Source of the DNA: Candidatus Aenigmatarchaeota archaeon
Lineage (GTDB): Archaea > Aenigmatarchaeota > Aenigmatarchaeia > PWEA01
DNA length: 64,000 bases
Direction of reading: 5' to 3'
Assembly (NCBI GenBank): GCA_003554845.1
Contig: PWHK01000017.1
Coordinates: 11,242-75,241, forward strand
The notes under the pieces are model-generated. The model did not search any database. It was not told where the DNA came from and worked only from the letters and a program-made list of their open reading frames with translations. Positions 1-8,852 of the stretch are shown here, piece after piece. The position numbers and the translations under genes are program-made. The stretch's first letter is position 1; every line of letters begins with the position of its first letter.

Positions 1-1
1 A

Positions 2-1372
2 GGCCTTGGAATAACGACGGAGGAGGTAAGAGCAATCAACCTCGACTTCGGAATGGATATCGTAGGAGGTACAAGGGTTCTACTCGAGCCACAGTTTGAG
101 GAGGGCCTCAACGAGACAGAAAAGACAAGGCTTATCGAAGAAACGATAACAACCCTTGAAACAAGGCTCAATGTCTTTGGACTTGATGAGATGGAGTTCG
201 AGAGGATGAGTGGTCCTGCCGGTGACTTTATACAGATAGAGGCAGCAGGGGTTGGCAGACGGGAGGTGGAGGAGCTTCTCGAAAGAACAGGAGAGTTCGA
301 GGCCTACATACCAAGAACCATGGAGTTCGGCAATCGGACAACATACGATCTTGTGATAGGCGGCGAGACACATACATTTGAAAGAACCGATGGAAATATG
401 ACCTACAGAAACAGAACAGTCGGTATAAACGATACCTTTGAAATACAGGACATGAAGTTCGAGGTGTGGAACATCACAGACGGTTCTGCTACAGTTGCAG
501 GAAGGGTCTTCAGTTCCGATGATATACGACATGTATACAAGACAGGTAGGGATGCATATGTCAGACAGAACAGGCAGACAGGACTGTACGAATTCAACTT
601 CAAAATACTTATATCGTCCCGGGGAGCCGAGAGGTTTGCTTTACTCACAGAGGGACTCGAGGGACAGGATCCTTCTATGGTTCTCTTTATGGACAGGGAG
701 GAGGTCACAGCCCTAAGCATACAGGAGGGTCTCATAGGACAGGAGGTACAGGAGCCTGTTATAACAGGATCAAGACAGGTGAGGGAGGATGCCCTCAGAG
801 AGATGAACAGACTTCAGTCCGTCCTTGATAGCGGCAGACTACCCGTCGAACTCAAACAGGTCCAGATTGATTCTATAAGCCCCAGACTCGGAGAAGAAAT
901 GCTTAGATCCTCTATAGTAGCAGGCATAGGAGCCCTCATGGCAGTAACCTTGATAATATTTATTCTCTACAGAAAGAAGGAGATAATAACGCCTGTCATA
1001 TTTACGTCCTTTTCCGAGGTTGTGATTATACTGGGATTTGCTTCGATTATCAACTGGACCATAGACCTCCCTGCAATAGCCGGTATCATTGCTGCAATAG
1101 GTTCCTCCGTCGACGATCAGATCGTCATAACATCCGAAACACTCAGGGAAATGGATGAGGACAAGAGCAGATACTCACTCAAAAGAAGGATAAAGAGAGC
1201 ATTCTTTATAGTATTTACGGCGGCAGCGACCACTATAATGGCCATGGTTGTGTTAGGGTTTGTAGGTATAGGGATGATGAGAGGTTTTGCAATTACAACT
1301 ATAATTGGTGTCCTGGCAGGAGTTCTGATAACAAGGCCCGTCTTCGGAAAGATACTTGAAAGGGTTCTCTAG
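2..1372 (+). CDS. secD: Protein-export membrane protein SecD (5' end truncated by window edge; in-frame with nt 2)
   Basis: Motifs GMDIVGGTRVLL and a C-terminal multi-TM region with GxxSSVDDQIVI typical of SecD/SecF; the reading frame stays open upstream to the window start. Confidence 0.7.
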   Translation, partial: GLGITTEEVRAINLDFGMDIVGGTRVLLEPQFEEGLNETEKTRLIEETITTLETRLNVFGLDEMEFERMSGPAGDFIQIEAAGVGRREVEELLERTGEFEAYIPRTMEFGNRTTYDLVIGGETHTFERTDGNMTYRNRTVGINDTFEIQDMKFEVWNITDGSATVAGRVFSSDDIRHVYKTGRDAYVRQNRQTGLYEFNFKILISSRGAERFALLTEGLEGQDPSMVLFMDREEVTALSIQEGLIGQEVQEPVITGSRQVREDALREMNRLQSVLDSGRLPVELKQVQIDSISPRLGEEMLRSSIVAGIGALMAVTLIIFILYRKKEIITPVIFTSFSEVVIILGFASIINWTIDLPAIAGIIAAIGSSVDDQIVITSETLREMDEDKSRYSLKRRIKRAFFIVFTAAATTIMAMVVLGFVGIGMMRGFAITTIIGVLAGVLITRPVFGKILERVL

Positions 1373-2778
1373 AATAGACTCATTATATAGTCTACTATTC
1401 TTTCAAGAGGCCCTTTTCTTCTGTAGACTTCACCTGTTATTTCTACATCCGTGGTGTTGTCCTCTACGATCTCTCCTTCAACCACATCCACGGTTCCCTC
1501 CAGATCGGCCTCGTCTCTTATCCTGACCTTGAAATCATACTCGCCGGGTTTTGCGTCCTTCCCTATTCTGTTTTCGAGCACCAGGGCCCTCTTTCCCTCT
1601 GGTTCCACCTCGACCCTTTCCTCGTTTCCTGTCCATCCTTCTTCGTTGATGGTCTTTTGATCCTCGTAGAGGTATGAGTATACAACGAGATCCTTGGCCA
1701 CAGAGTCCTGGTTTCTTATGAGAACGGTTGACTGCATACTTCCTCCCTGCTCCACCTCTTCATCATGGCTAAAGAGTTCGAACTCCTTTTCCCTTTCCGT
1801 GGGGTCCTCCTCTTCATCTGGGTATACATAGTTTCTGAGCGCCGACATCTCCCCACTGTCCATTCTGTTTATGGCTCTCTGTATATCCTGCATACGGACC
1901 TCGCACTTTTCCTCCTCAGTTTCCGTCTCCTCTACATCGGTGCAGACATTTTCAGAGAGATCCCAACCGTCTTCAGGAGGCATAACATAGGCCTTTCCCT
2001 CTTGCTTTATTTCACGGACCGTGGCTTCTCCAAGACCCTCGACCTGAATAAGATGCGCCAGGGAGTAGAAACTACCGCAGTCTTCTTTGATTCTGTTGGC
2101 TATGGTAGGGCCTATGTTTGTTATTCTTTGAAGGTCTTCGCTGTCGGCGCTGTTTATCTCTATCCTTTCTTCCTTGTCGTTTGTTTCGTTCTCTTCCTGA
2201 TCATCGTCTTCATCGCCATCCTCTTCTTCGTCACCATTTTTATCCTTGGGCCATCCTTCTGGAGAGGGTTCGGTGGAAAACCAGGCTGCTCCTGCTGCAA
2301 CGTCGGCCTCTGGTTCATCACCTCTGTGTACCCCAAGACCTATCGTTCCGGTCCCTGCACTGTCCTGATCAATTTCCATCTCCACACCCTGCCATCCATC
2401 TTCACTCTGTATTTCTAGCTTTTCCGAGTCCTTGTCTTCGCCCTCCACATCTGTATATCTTATCCAGGCCTCGCCTGTGCCTTCTCCTGGGACCTTGAAC
2501 CATGCCTCTGCAAAGTAGATTCCCTCTTCTACTTCGACCTCTTGGTATGCATAGTCAAAGTAAGGAGTCTCTCTGGCCGAAGCATTGTGTCCAAGAAGAC
2601 CTTCAATTCTGTAGTCGGCGTGTTGTGCAAACTGACCTGTCCAGTTAGCTATCCCTTCCTCGTCCCATCTACCGAGCGAAGGATTTTCAAGAAGATTTTC
2701 GGAAGCACCTGAGCCTGTAGCAACCCCTCCAGAAAGTACAAAAAATAGGGTGAGGAGAGTTAAACAGACTTTCCTCAT
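1369..2778 (-). CDS. Secreted protein with signal peptide, N-terminal beta-sandwich-like domain, acidic linker and ComEA-type helix-hairpin-helix DNA-binding domain
   Basis: N-terminal hydrophobic signal MRKVCLTLLTLFFVLSGG; the segment INSADSEDLQRITNIGPTIANRIKEDCGSFYSLAHLIQVEGLGEATVREI matches the ComEA HhH consensus; DE-rich low-complexity linker. Confidence 0.55.
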   Translation of the reverse strand: MRKVCLTLLTLFFVLSGGVATGSGASENLLENPSLGRWDEEGIANWTGQFAQHADYRIEGLLGHNASARETPYFDYAYQEVEVEEGIYFAEAWFKVPGEGTGEAWIRYTDVEGEDKDSEKLEIQSEDGWQGVEMEIDQDSAGTGTIGLGVHRGDEPEADVAAGAAWFSTEPSPEGWPKDKNGDEEEDGDEDDDQEENETNDKEERIEINSADSEDLQRITNIGPTIANRIKEDCGSFYSLAHLIQVEGLGEATVREIKQEGKAYVMPPEDGWDLSENVCTDVEETETEEEKCEVRMQDIQRAINRMDSGEMSALRNYVYPDEEEDPTEREKEFELFSHDEEVEQGGSMQSTVLIRNQDSVAKDLVVYSYLYEDQKTINEEGWTGNEERVEVEPEGKRALVLENRIGKDAKPGEYDFKVRIRDEADLEGTVDVVEGEIVEDNTTDVEITGEVYRRKGPLERIVDYIMSLF

Positions 2779-2828
2779 GGATACAACTATGGTGTTTGAA
2801 ACTTTTATAACTTCTGTTTTCAGGGGTT

Positions 2829-4811
2829 TCAGTAACCTGAAACGTCCTGTGGGCCGTTATAACCAACTATATCCGCTATCTCTTCGAGGCATTCTGGGTT
2901 GTTTGCAGTTCTCATATCACCCAGTTCCTCGTCCTTGAGAAGCGCCCTGAGGAACCTCCTTATCACCTTTCCTGATTCGGTCTCCGGAAGTCTTGATACA
3001 AAGTATATCTCACCGGGAGAAGCAACAGGTCCGACCTCCCTTCTCACAGACCTGACTATATCCCCTTTGAGATCCTCCGATGGCTCTGCTCCGTCGATCA
3101 GTATAGTGAAAACAGCAGGAACCTGGCCCTTTACATCGTGTGGCTTTCCAACTACTGCCGCCTCTGCTACCTCTTCAACCTCCTGAACTGCATCTTCTAT
3201 CTCTGCGGTTCCGAGGCGGTGGCCTGCCACCTCCATCACATCGTCCATCCTTCCAAGTATCTTGAAGAGTTTCTGGCCTCCTATCTCATGTTCTGTCTTG
3301 ATGCCTTCGTCTCCTGTAAAGTAGATCTCTTCGCCGTATCGGCTCCAGTACTCCTCTTTGTATTTATCTGGATTTTTGTAGACGCCTCTGAGCATTCCAG
3401 GTGAAAAGGGCTCCTTTATAACCACAGCTCCCTTTTCTGTCGGGTTGCCGTCTATATCCAGAATATCGTAGTTCATGGGTGGAAGAGGAGTTCCTGCAAC
3501 ACCAGGGACAAATGGACCGAGCCCTGGGAGGGATGTTAGAAGTATGCCCCCTGTCTCTGTCTGCCAGTATGTATCAACTATAGGACATCTTCCTCCACCT
3601 ACCTTCTTGAAGTACCAGTTCCATGTTTCGGGATCTATAGGCTCTCCTACGGATCCTAGTATACGGAGAGAGGAAAGGTCGTGCTTTTCTGGAAGGTCTC
3701 TGCCATGTTTTATGAGCATGCGCAGGGCGGTGGGTGCAGTGTAGAACTGGGTTGCCCCGTACTTTTCTATTATATTCCACCATCTGTCCAGATCCGGGTA
3801 GTCGGGTGATCCTTCGTACCAAACAGTGGTTCCTCCATGTATAAGAGGTCCATAAAGCGTATATGTATGGCCTGTGATCCACCCTATATCTGCAGTCGAG
3901 TAGAAAACATCGTCCTCGTGGAAATCAAAGACCCATTTCATGCTGAGGGCAGCCTGTACAAGGTAACCTCCTACGGAGTGCTTTATGCCCTTGGGCTTTC
4001 CGGTTGTTCCGGATGTATAAAGGAGAAAACCAATGTCCTCTGCATCCAGAGGCTCTGCATCGCAGCTTTCTTCTACGCCGTCCATCAGATCCGACAGGAA
4101 GTGATCCCTTCCTTCTACCATGGTTGGCTCGGTGTCTGCTCTGTTGACAACTATACAGTTTTCGGCCTCTACTCTATCAAGGGCATCGTTTATGTTGTTC
4201 TTGAGTTCCATTACCTTTCCTCTTCTGTAGAAACCATCGGCTGTTATCAGTAGATCCGATCCTGCGTCTTCCATCCGTTTTCTGACGGCTTCCGGTGAAA
4301 AGGCTGTATATACTATGGAGTGCCATGCCCCTATCCTTTGGCATGCGAGGGCTGCCATGGCAGTTTCCGGTATCATAGGCATCCAAAAAGTAACGGCATC
4401 GCCCTTCCCTACTCCAAGTTCCTTGAGTACGTTTGCAAACTTCTGGACACCTTTATGGAGTTCTGTGTATGTAAGAACCTCCTTCTCCTCGTCCGTGGGT
4501 TCAGGTTCCCATATTATAGCAGGCTTGTCGCCCTTGTCTTCGATATGTCTGTCCAAACAGTTGTACGACAGGTTTACCTTTCCTCCTTCGAACCACTTGA
4601 AGAAGGGAGGATTCCACTCATTTGTCCTTTCCCAGTCAGAATCAAACCAGTCTATAAGTTCTCTGGCCCTTTCTGCCCAGAATTCGACGGGGTTTTCCTT
4701 GGCCTCCTCGAATATATCCGGATTGGTTATAAACGCCTTTTTCTTCATGTTTTCTGAAGGCCAGTATATACCGTCCTTCTCGGTTACCCACATTTTTCCT
4801 TTGTCTGACAT
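2829..4811 (-). CDS. acs: Acetyl-CoA synthetase (AMP-forming)
   Basis: 660 aa; YTSGTTGKPKG AMP-binding motif; N-terminus typical of ACS (WFEGGKVNLSYNCLDRH). Confidence 0.9.
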   Translation of the reverse strand: MSDKGKMWVTEKDGIYWPSENMKKKAFITNPDIFEEAKENPVEFWAERARELIDWFDSDWERTNEWNPPFFKWFEGGKVNLSYNCLDRHIEDKGDKPAIIWEPEPTDEEKEVLTYTELHKGVQKFANVLKELGVGKGDAVTFWMPMIPETAMAALACQRIGAWHSIVYTAFSPEAVRKRMEDAGSDLLITADGFYRRGKVMELKNNINDALDRVEAENCIVVNRADTEPTMVEGRDHFLSDLMDGVEESCDAEPLDAEDIGFLLYTSGTTGKPKGIKHSVGGYLVQAALSMKWVFDFHEDDVFYSTADIGWITGHTYTLYGPLIHGGTTVWYEGSPDYPDLDRWWNIIEKYGATQFYTAPTALRMLIKHGRDLPEKHDLSSLRILGSVGEPIDPETWNWYFKKVGGGRCPIVDTYWQTETGGILLTSLPGLGPFVPGVAGTPLPPMNYDILDIDGNPTEKGAVVIKEPFSPGMLRGVYKNPDKYKEEYWSRYGEEIYFTGDEGIKTEHEIGGQKLFKILGRMDDVMEVAGHRLGTAEIEDAVQEVEEVAEAAVVGKPHDVKGQVPAVFTILIDGAEPSEDLKGDIVRSVRREVGPVASPGEIYFVSRLPETESGKVIRRFLRALLKDEELGDMRTANNPECLEEIADIVGYNGPQDVSGY

Positions 4812-5019
4812 ATCACAAAAATGTTAGTGCGAGCAGTTTAAAAACTTTCCTGATGGATTCAGGCTTATAAGTTTTCAGAAGAAATCTATATGTGGGCAAT
4901 GAGCGCACCGCCCCATTCCGACTCCTGAGGCGTGAGCTTCCGGGTGGATGAGGATAAGGGTAGCTAGTGAGCCCCCATTTTTCCAATAAAGTTTTAAACT
5001 ATAGGGACAAATTGAGTAA

Positions 5020-5262
5020 GTGATTAAAATGGTAGATTTTGAAACAGTTAAGGGAACCGAGGTCAAGTTTGGAAAAAACGACTTTATACAGGTCGCAAGA
5101 AAAAAGGCCATCTCAGAGGATGGAGAAAACTTCTTTCTTTCGCTTTCAAGAGGTTTTTTCGGAGACGACGACGAAAGAATATGGAAGAAGAACTTTTCAA
5201 TTCCAGACGACCAGGAGGTTCTCGATAAGATCATAGAGGCTCTGGAAGAACTCAGAGAATAG
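5020..5262 (+). CDS. Hypothetical small protein (probable start ATG at 5029)
   Basis: 80-aa ORF with no recognisable motif; sits immediately upstream of a tRNA. Confidence 0.3.
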   Translation: MIKMVDFETVKGTEVKFGKNDFIQVARKKAISEDGENFFLSLSRGFFGDDDERIWKKNFSIPDDQEVLDKIIEALEELRE

Positions 5263-5268
5263 ACAGTT

Positions 5269-5432
5269 GGGGCCATAGTGTAGTCAGGCCCAGCACAGCA
5301 TCTGTTGGTGCGCTGAAGGTGGACTCCAGACTATAGGAGTATTGACCGTTTTTCGGAATGATAGAAAAAAGGATGTACGGCTTATGCCGAGGGTGACATC
5401 CACAACCCCCGGTTCAAATCCGGGTGGCCCCA
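5269..5432 (+). tRNA. tRNA-Trp (CCA) with a canonical 37/38 intron (~68 nt) and a probable second ~21-nt insertion between the D-arm and anticodon stem
   Basis: Acceptor GGGGCCA/TGGCCCC 7-bp perfect; T-arm CCCGG-TTCAAAT-CCGGG; anticodon stem GTGGA/TCCAC flanking loop CTCCAG[intron]A; D-arm GTGT-AGTCAGGCCCA-GCAC; a T-rich tract follows the 3' end. Confidence 0.6.
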
Positions 5433-5436
5433 CTTT

Positions 5437-7089
5437 TTATTCTTCCAGGCTATCCATTTCTTTTTTCAGCCTTTCCACGAGAGTCTTCCTCATATTTTCC
5501 ACTGCCTTTTCGCCGTTGTGTATAGCCTCTTCGACGTAGTCCATGAGTTGCTCTGCCGCCAGTAGATCGTGGACCATTACATAGTCGGCCCCTTGTTTCA
5601 GCATTCTGTTTGCCTCTTTGAAGCTGTTTGAACGGACAACCTTTCTTGCATCTGTTTCCAGTGCCAGTATCTTTTCGGATATATGTCTCTGTGGTGGTGT
5701 GGATATTATCATATCTGCCTGTTTGAAGTTTGCTGTTTCCCAGCTCTCGTCGTCCATAGCACTTCCGAAGACCCTGTTTTTTAGATCCTCGGTCTCCTCG
5801 AAGACCTTGGGGTTTACATCTATAACCACAAATTCCCTGTCACATTCCCTGAGATAGTCGCCTATCTTTTCGCCTTGTACATCGTAGCCCACTAGTATTA
5901 TATGGTTATTCAGCTCTGTGGTTATCCTTGTGTTGTATCTTCTAAGGCCTTCTGGTGTGTCGAAGGGTAGGTTTTTCGAGAGCCAGTTCTGTATTCTTCC
6001 GGAGTATCTGTCTGTGATGGCGGTAGTTATCATGGTTACAGTAGTGGCGAGTATTATCCCCTGGAAGATCGGTGCGGCTATTGCACTTACCAGGTAGGCC
6101 TGTATCGCTATTATGAGAACGAACTCGCTGACCTGGTCCAGGGTAAGTGCACATCTGTATGCGGTTCGCTTACTGTATCCATAGTGCATCAGCGAGAGAG
6201 CAGTTAGGAGGGGTTTTACGAAAACAGCGACAACTATTATGAAAAGTGCTATCGCCAGAGTTGCAACGCCTGGGAATGTAACAAGGGCTCCCAGGGAGAA
6301 AAAGAAAACTGCTGCAAAGAAGTCCTTTAAAGACTCCATGCTTTCAACTAGTTCGATGTTGTACGGGAACCTTGAGAAGGCAAGGCCTGCAAAGAAAGCA
6401 CCTACAACTATTGATATTCCTGTGAACTGTGAGATAGCTATCATACCGCCCAGGAGCGAGATTCCAGAAAGAAGCATAAGTTCCTCCGAATGATCGGACA
6501 GTTCGAAAAGCCATGGGAACAGGAATCTTCTGAAAGCCAGGGAAAGGATAAACATCCCTCCACCCACAGCCAGTGCGTATCCTATACCTACGTTGAAGAG
6601 GACAGGACTTAACAACAAAATAAGAACTATCGCCAGTATATCATGTATAACATCTGTTGCCTCGGCCAGTCTTGCGTACAGGAGCTCTACTGTAGCGTAT
6701 TTTTCTGAGAGCTCTGTTCCTACCAGCGACGAACTGAAAACCAGGGCTGCACTTATGTATATGGAGTTGAGTGTTCCGAAGCCCGAAAGGTATAGGGCAC
6801 CGAAGAATCCCAGTCCCAGTCCTGTTATCTGTGCGCCTGTGCTGAGAAGGCTTCCGCCTATACCATGCTTCAGTTTACCGGGTTCCAGTTTTGCACTGAA
6901 TATAAACACGACAAAGGCTATACCCCATTGCATTAGTTCCAGCAGCCCTTCCTCTGTCAGGAACATCCCGCCTATTAGGCCTGCTATTATGTATGCCGGG
7001 ATCGTGAGCTTGAAGATCTTATGGAATACGAACAGCAGTACGGCCGAAAGCACGAAAACGGTTGCAAAGGTGTATATAACTCCTATCAT
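5437..7089 (-). CDS. CPA2-family (Kef-type) cation/proton antiporter with C-terminal RCK/TrkA-N domain
   Basis: Polytopic membrane N-terminal region; C-terminal HIILVGYDVQGEKIGDYL...VVIDVN Rossmann-type RCK domain. Confidence 0.7.
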   Translation of the reverse strand: MIGVIYTFATVFVLSAVLLFVFHKIFKLTIPAYIIAGLIGGMFLTEEGLLELMQWGIAFVVFIFSAKLEPGKLKHGIGGSLLSTGAQITGLGLGFFGALYLSGFGTLNSIYISAALVFSSSLVGTELSEKYATVELLYARLAEATDVIHDILAIVLILLLSPVLFNVGIGYALAVGGGMFILSLAFRRFLFPWLFELSDHSEELMLLSGISLLGGMIAISQFTGISIVVGAFFAGLAFSRFPYNIELVESMESLKDFFAAVFFFSLGALVTFPGVATLAIALFIIVVAVFVKPLLTALSLMHYGYSKRTAYRCALTLDQVSEFVLIIAIQAYLVSAIAAPIFQGIILATTVTMITTAITDRYSGRIQNWLSKNLPFDTPEGLRRYNTRITTELNNHIILVGYDVQGEKIGDYLRECDREFVVIDVNPKVFEETEDLKNRVFGSAMDDESWETANFKQADMIISTPPQRHISEKILALETDARKVVRSNSFKEANRMLKQGADYVMVHDLLAAEQLMDYVEEAIHNGEKAVENMRKTLVERLKKEMDSLEE

Positions 7090-8783
7090 AGTCTCGCCTC
7101 CCAGTCTATTATCTGTTTGTCACCTTCTACAGCTTTGTCGAAGAGATCGGGGTTCTCGAGGAATGACTCGATGTATTCATTCATCTTTTCTGCCGATAAC
7201 ATCCTTTTTATTATTACAAAGTCTGCGCCTAGATCGTAAAGCTCTGCCGCATCTTCCCTGTCCCTGGCCCGCAGGAATACCACGGCACCTTCTTTTCTAT
7301 CGCCGAGTATCCTCCTGTTAACAGCATTATCCATGGCCATGCTGACTATCATGTCTGCCCTTTTCAGGCCTATGGATCTCCTCATCTCCTCGTGTTTAAG
7401 GTCACCGAAGACGAACTCGGCACCGGACTTCCTGAGCATTTCCACGTACTTTGGATCTTTGTCTATGACGACGATATCCCCATACTTTTCCTTTAAAACA
7501 GGAATCAATCGCCGTGTTATCTCGTTGTAACCTACGACAATAGCATGGTTGTCCAGTGTTTTTATGTCAAAATCGCCCTTTTCCTCCGACTCCATGAACT
7601 CAAAGAGATGTTTTACGTGGTCGTAGATCCAGTGGTTGTACTTTATTATGTATGCCGACAGACCCATGGTCATGATTGCCATGAGGCTTAAGTAACCCAT
7701 GATTTCATTTCCAATCAATCCTCTGGTGACCGCAAGGGCCCCGACTACCAGAGAGAACTCACTGACCTGGACCATGTTTATACTTCCAAGGAACGATGTC
7801 TCGAGACTGAACTTTTCCCTATCTATGAGATAAAACATTATTAGGAAGTTACCTACCATAAGGAGGGCAGAAGCTACTACGGCTTCCTTCCAGTAGACCG
7901 TTAGATATTCAGGCGCAAGACCGAGTCCTATCGTGGCGAAGAAAACCATCATAAAGAAGTCGGTTATGGGCTTTACCTGTTGCTTCAGTTCGTCGCTATA
8001 CGGACTCTGTGCCAGTCCAAGTCCTGCTATAAAAGCGCCGACTTCCACAGGTACGTCCAGCGCAAGGGAGACCGCTATGAACAAAAAGGCCCATGCTGCA
8101 CCATTTACGAAGAGAAGGTGCTTGTTGTTGCCTACCTCCTTTACGATCTTTGGAACCATCCATTTGGACACGGCGTAGGAAAATACACCGAGAACAGCCA
8201 TTACTCCCATTACTTGGAAGAAGTTGATAGCTATGGGAACAGGGTTTGTGAGATCAGGCGCGCTGAAAAGTGTGAGATAAACAACGAGTATTATGTCCTG
8301 TACTATAAGCACACCTACGTCTATCTTACCGGGCAGCGAGTTTATCTCGTCCTTTTCGTCCAGTAATTTAACAATAACGGGCGTCGCACCAAAAACCGTG
8401 CATAGTGCCATGACGATGACTTCTATCATCGCAAATCCAAGGAAGTAGTATATAACGAAGGCGAGGGAAGTCTGGAGCACAGTCTGCCAGAAAGAGATCT
8501 TCAGGATGGGCTTCAGTATATTACGTATTGCATCGAACTTGAGCTGCAGTCCTAGAAGAAATAGTAGGAATGCAAGTCCGAGTTCTGACATGAGTTCAAG
8601 AAGGGCAGTCTCTTGTACGACATCGAGAAAAACAGGACCCAGGATAAGCCCGGTTATAAGGTAGGCTATTAGATTGGGCTGGTAGGTCTTATGCGCTATA
8701 TAACCCATGACAGTCGCGACCGCGATCAACAGTACGAAGTCCCAGGTTATGAAAAGACCTTCTGTTATGGCTATATCGAACAT
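7086..8783 (-). CDS. CPA2-family (Kef-type) cation/proton antiporter with C-terminal RCK/TrkA-N domain (tandem paralog)
   Basis: Same architecture as the downstream paralog; HAIVVGYNEITRRLIPVLKEKYGDIVVIDKD; 4-nt overlap with the next gene. Confidence 0.7.
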   Translation of the reverse strand: MFDIAITEGLFITWDFVLLIAVATVMGYIAHKTYQPNLIAYLITGLILGPVFLDVVQETALLELMSELGLAFLLFLLGLQLKFDAIRNILKPILKISFWQTVLQTSLAFVIYYFLGFAMIEVIVMALCTVFGATPVIVKLLDEKDEINSLPGKIDVGVLIVQDIILVVYLTLFSAPDLTNPVPIAINFFQVMGVMAVLGVFSYAVSKWMVPKIVKEVGNNKHLLFVNGAAWAFLFIAVSLALDVPVEVGAFIAGLGLAQSPYSDELKQQVKPITDFFMMVFFATIGLGLAPEYLTVYWKEAVVASALLMVGNFLIMFYLIDREKFSLETSFLGSINMVQVSEFSLVVGALAVTRGLIGNEIMGYLSLMAIMTMGLSAYIIKYNHWIYDHVKHLFEFMESEEKGDFDIKTLDNHAIVVGYNEITRRLIPVLKEKYGDIVVIDKDPKYVEMLRKSGAEFVFGDLKHEEMRRSIGLKRADMIVSMAMDNAVNRRILGDRKEGAVVFLRARDREDAAELYDLGADFVIIKRMLSAEKMNEYIESFLENPDLFDKAVEGDKQIIDWEARL

Positions 8784-8852
8784 GTTATCAGACGGGGGTG
8801 CTCAGACTCCTTAATCCATAACTTTAATTAGCTTCTATTTAAATATGGTATT

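Noticed and set aside
4892-4976. GC-rich island considered as a tRNA or split-tRNA half
   Set aside because: No T-loop (GTTCRANYC), no 7-bp acceptor pairing with a downstream CCA-proximal strand on either strand
5330-5397. Box C/D guide RNA inside the tRNA-Trp intron
   Set aside because: Only degenerate elements (AATGATAGA; no clean CUGA D box at the intron 3' end) can be seen by eye; left as a hypothesis, not called as a feature
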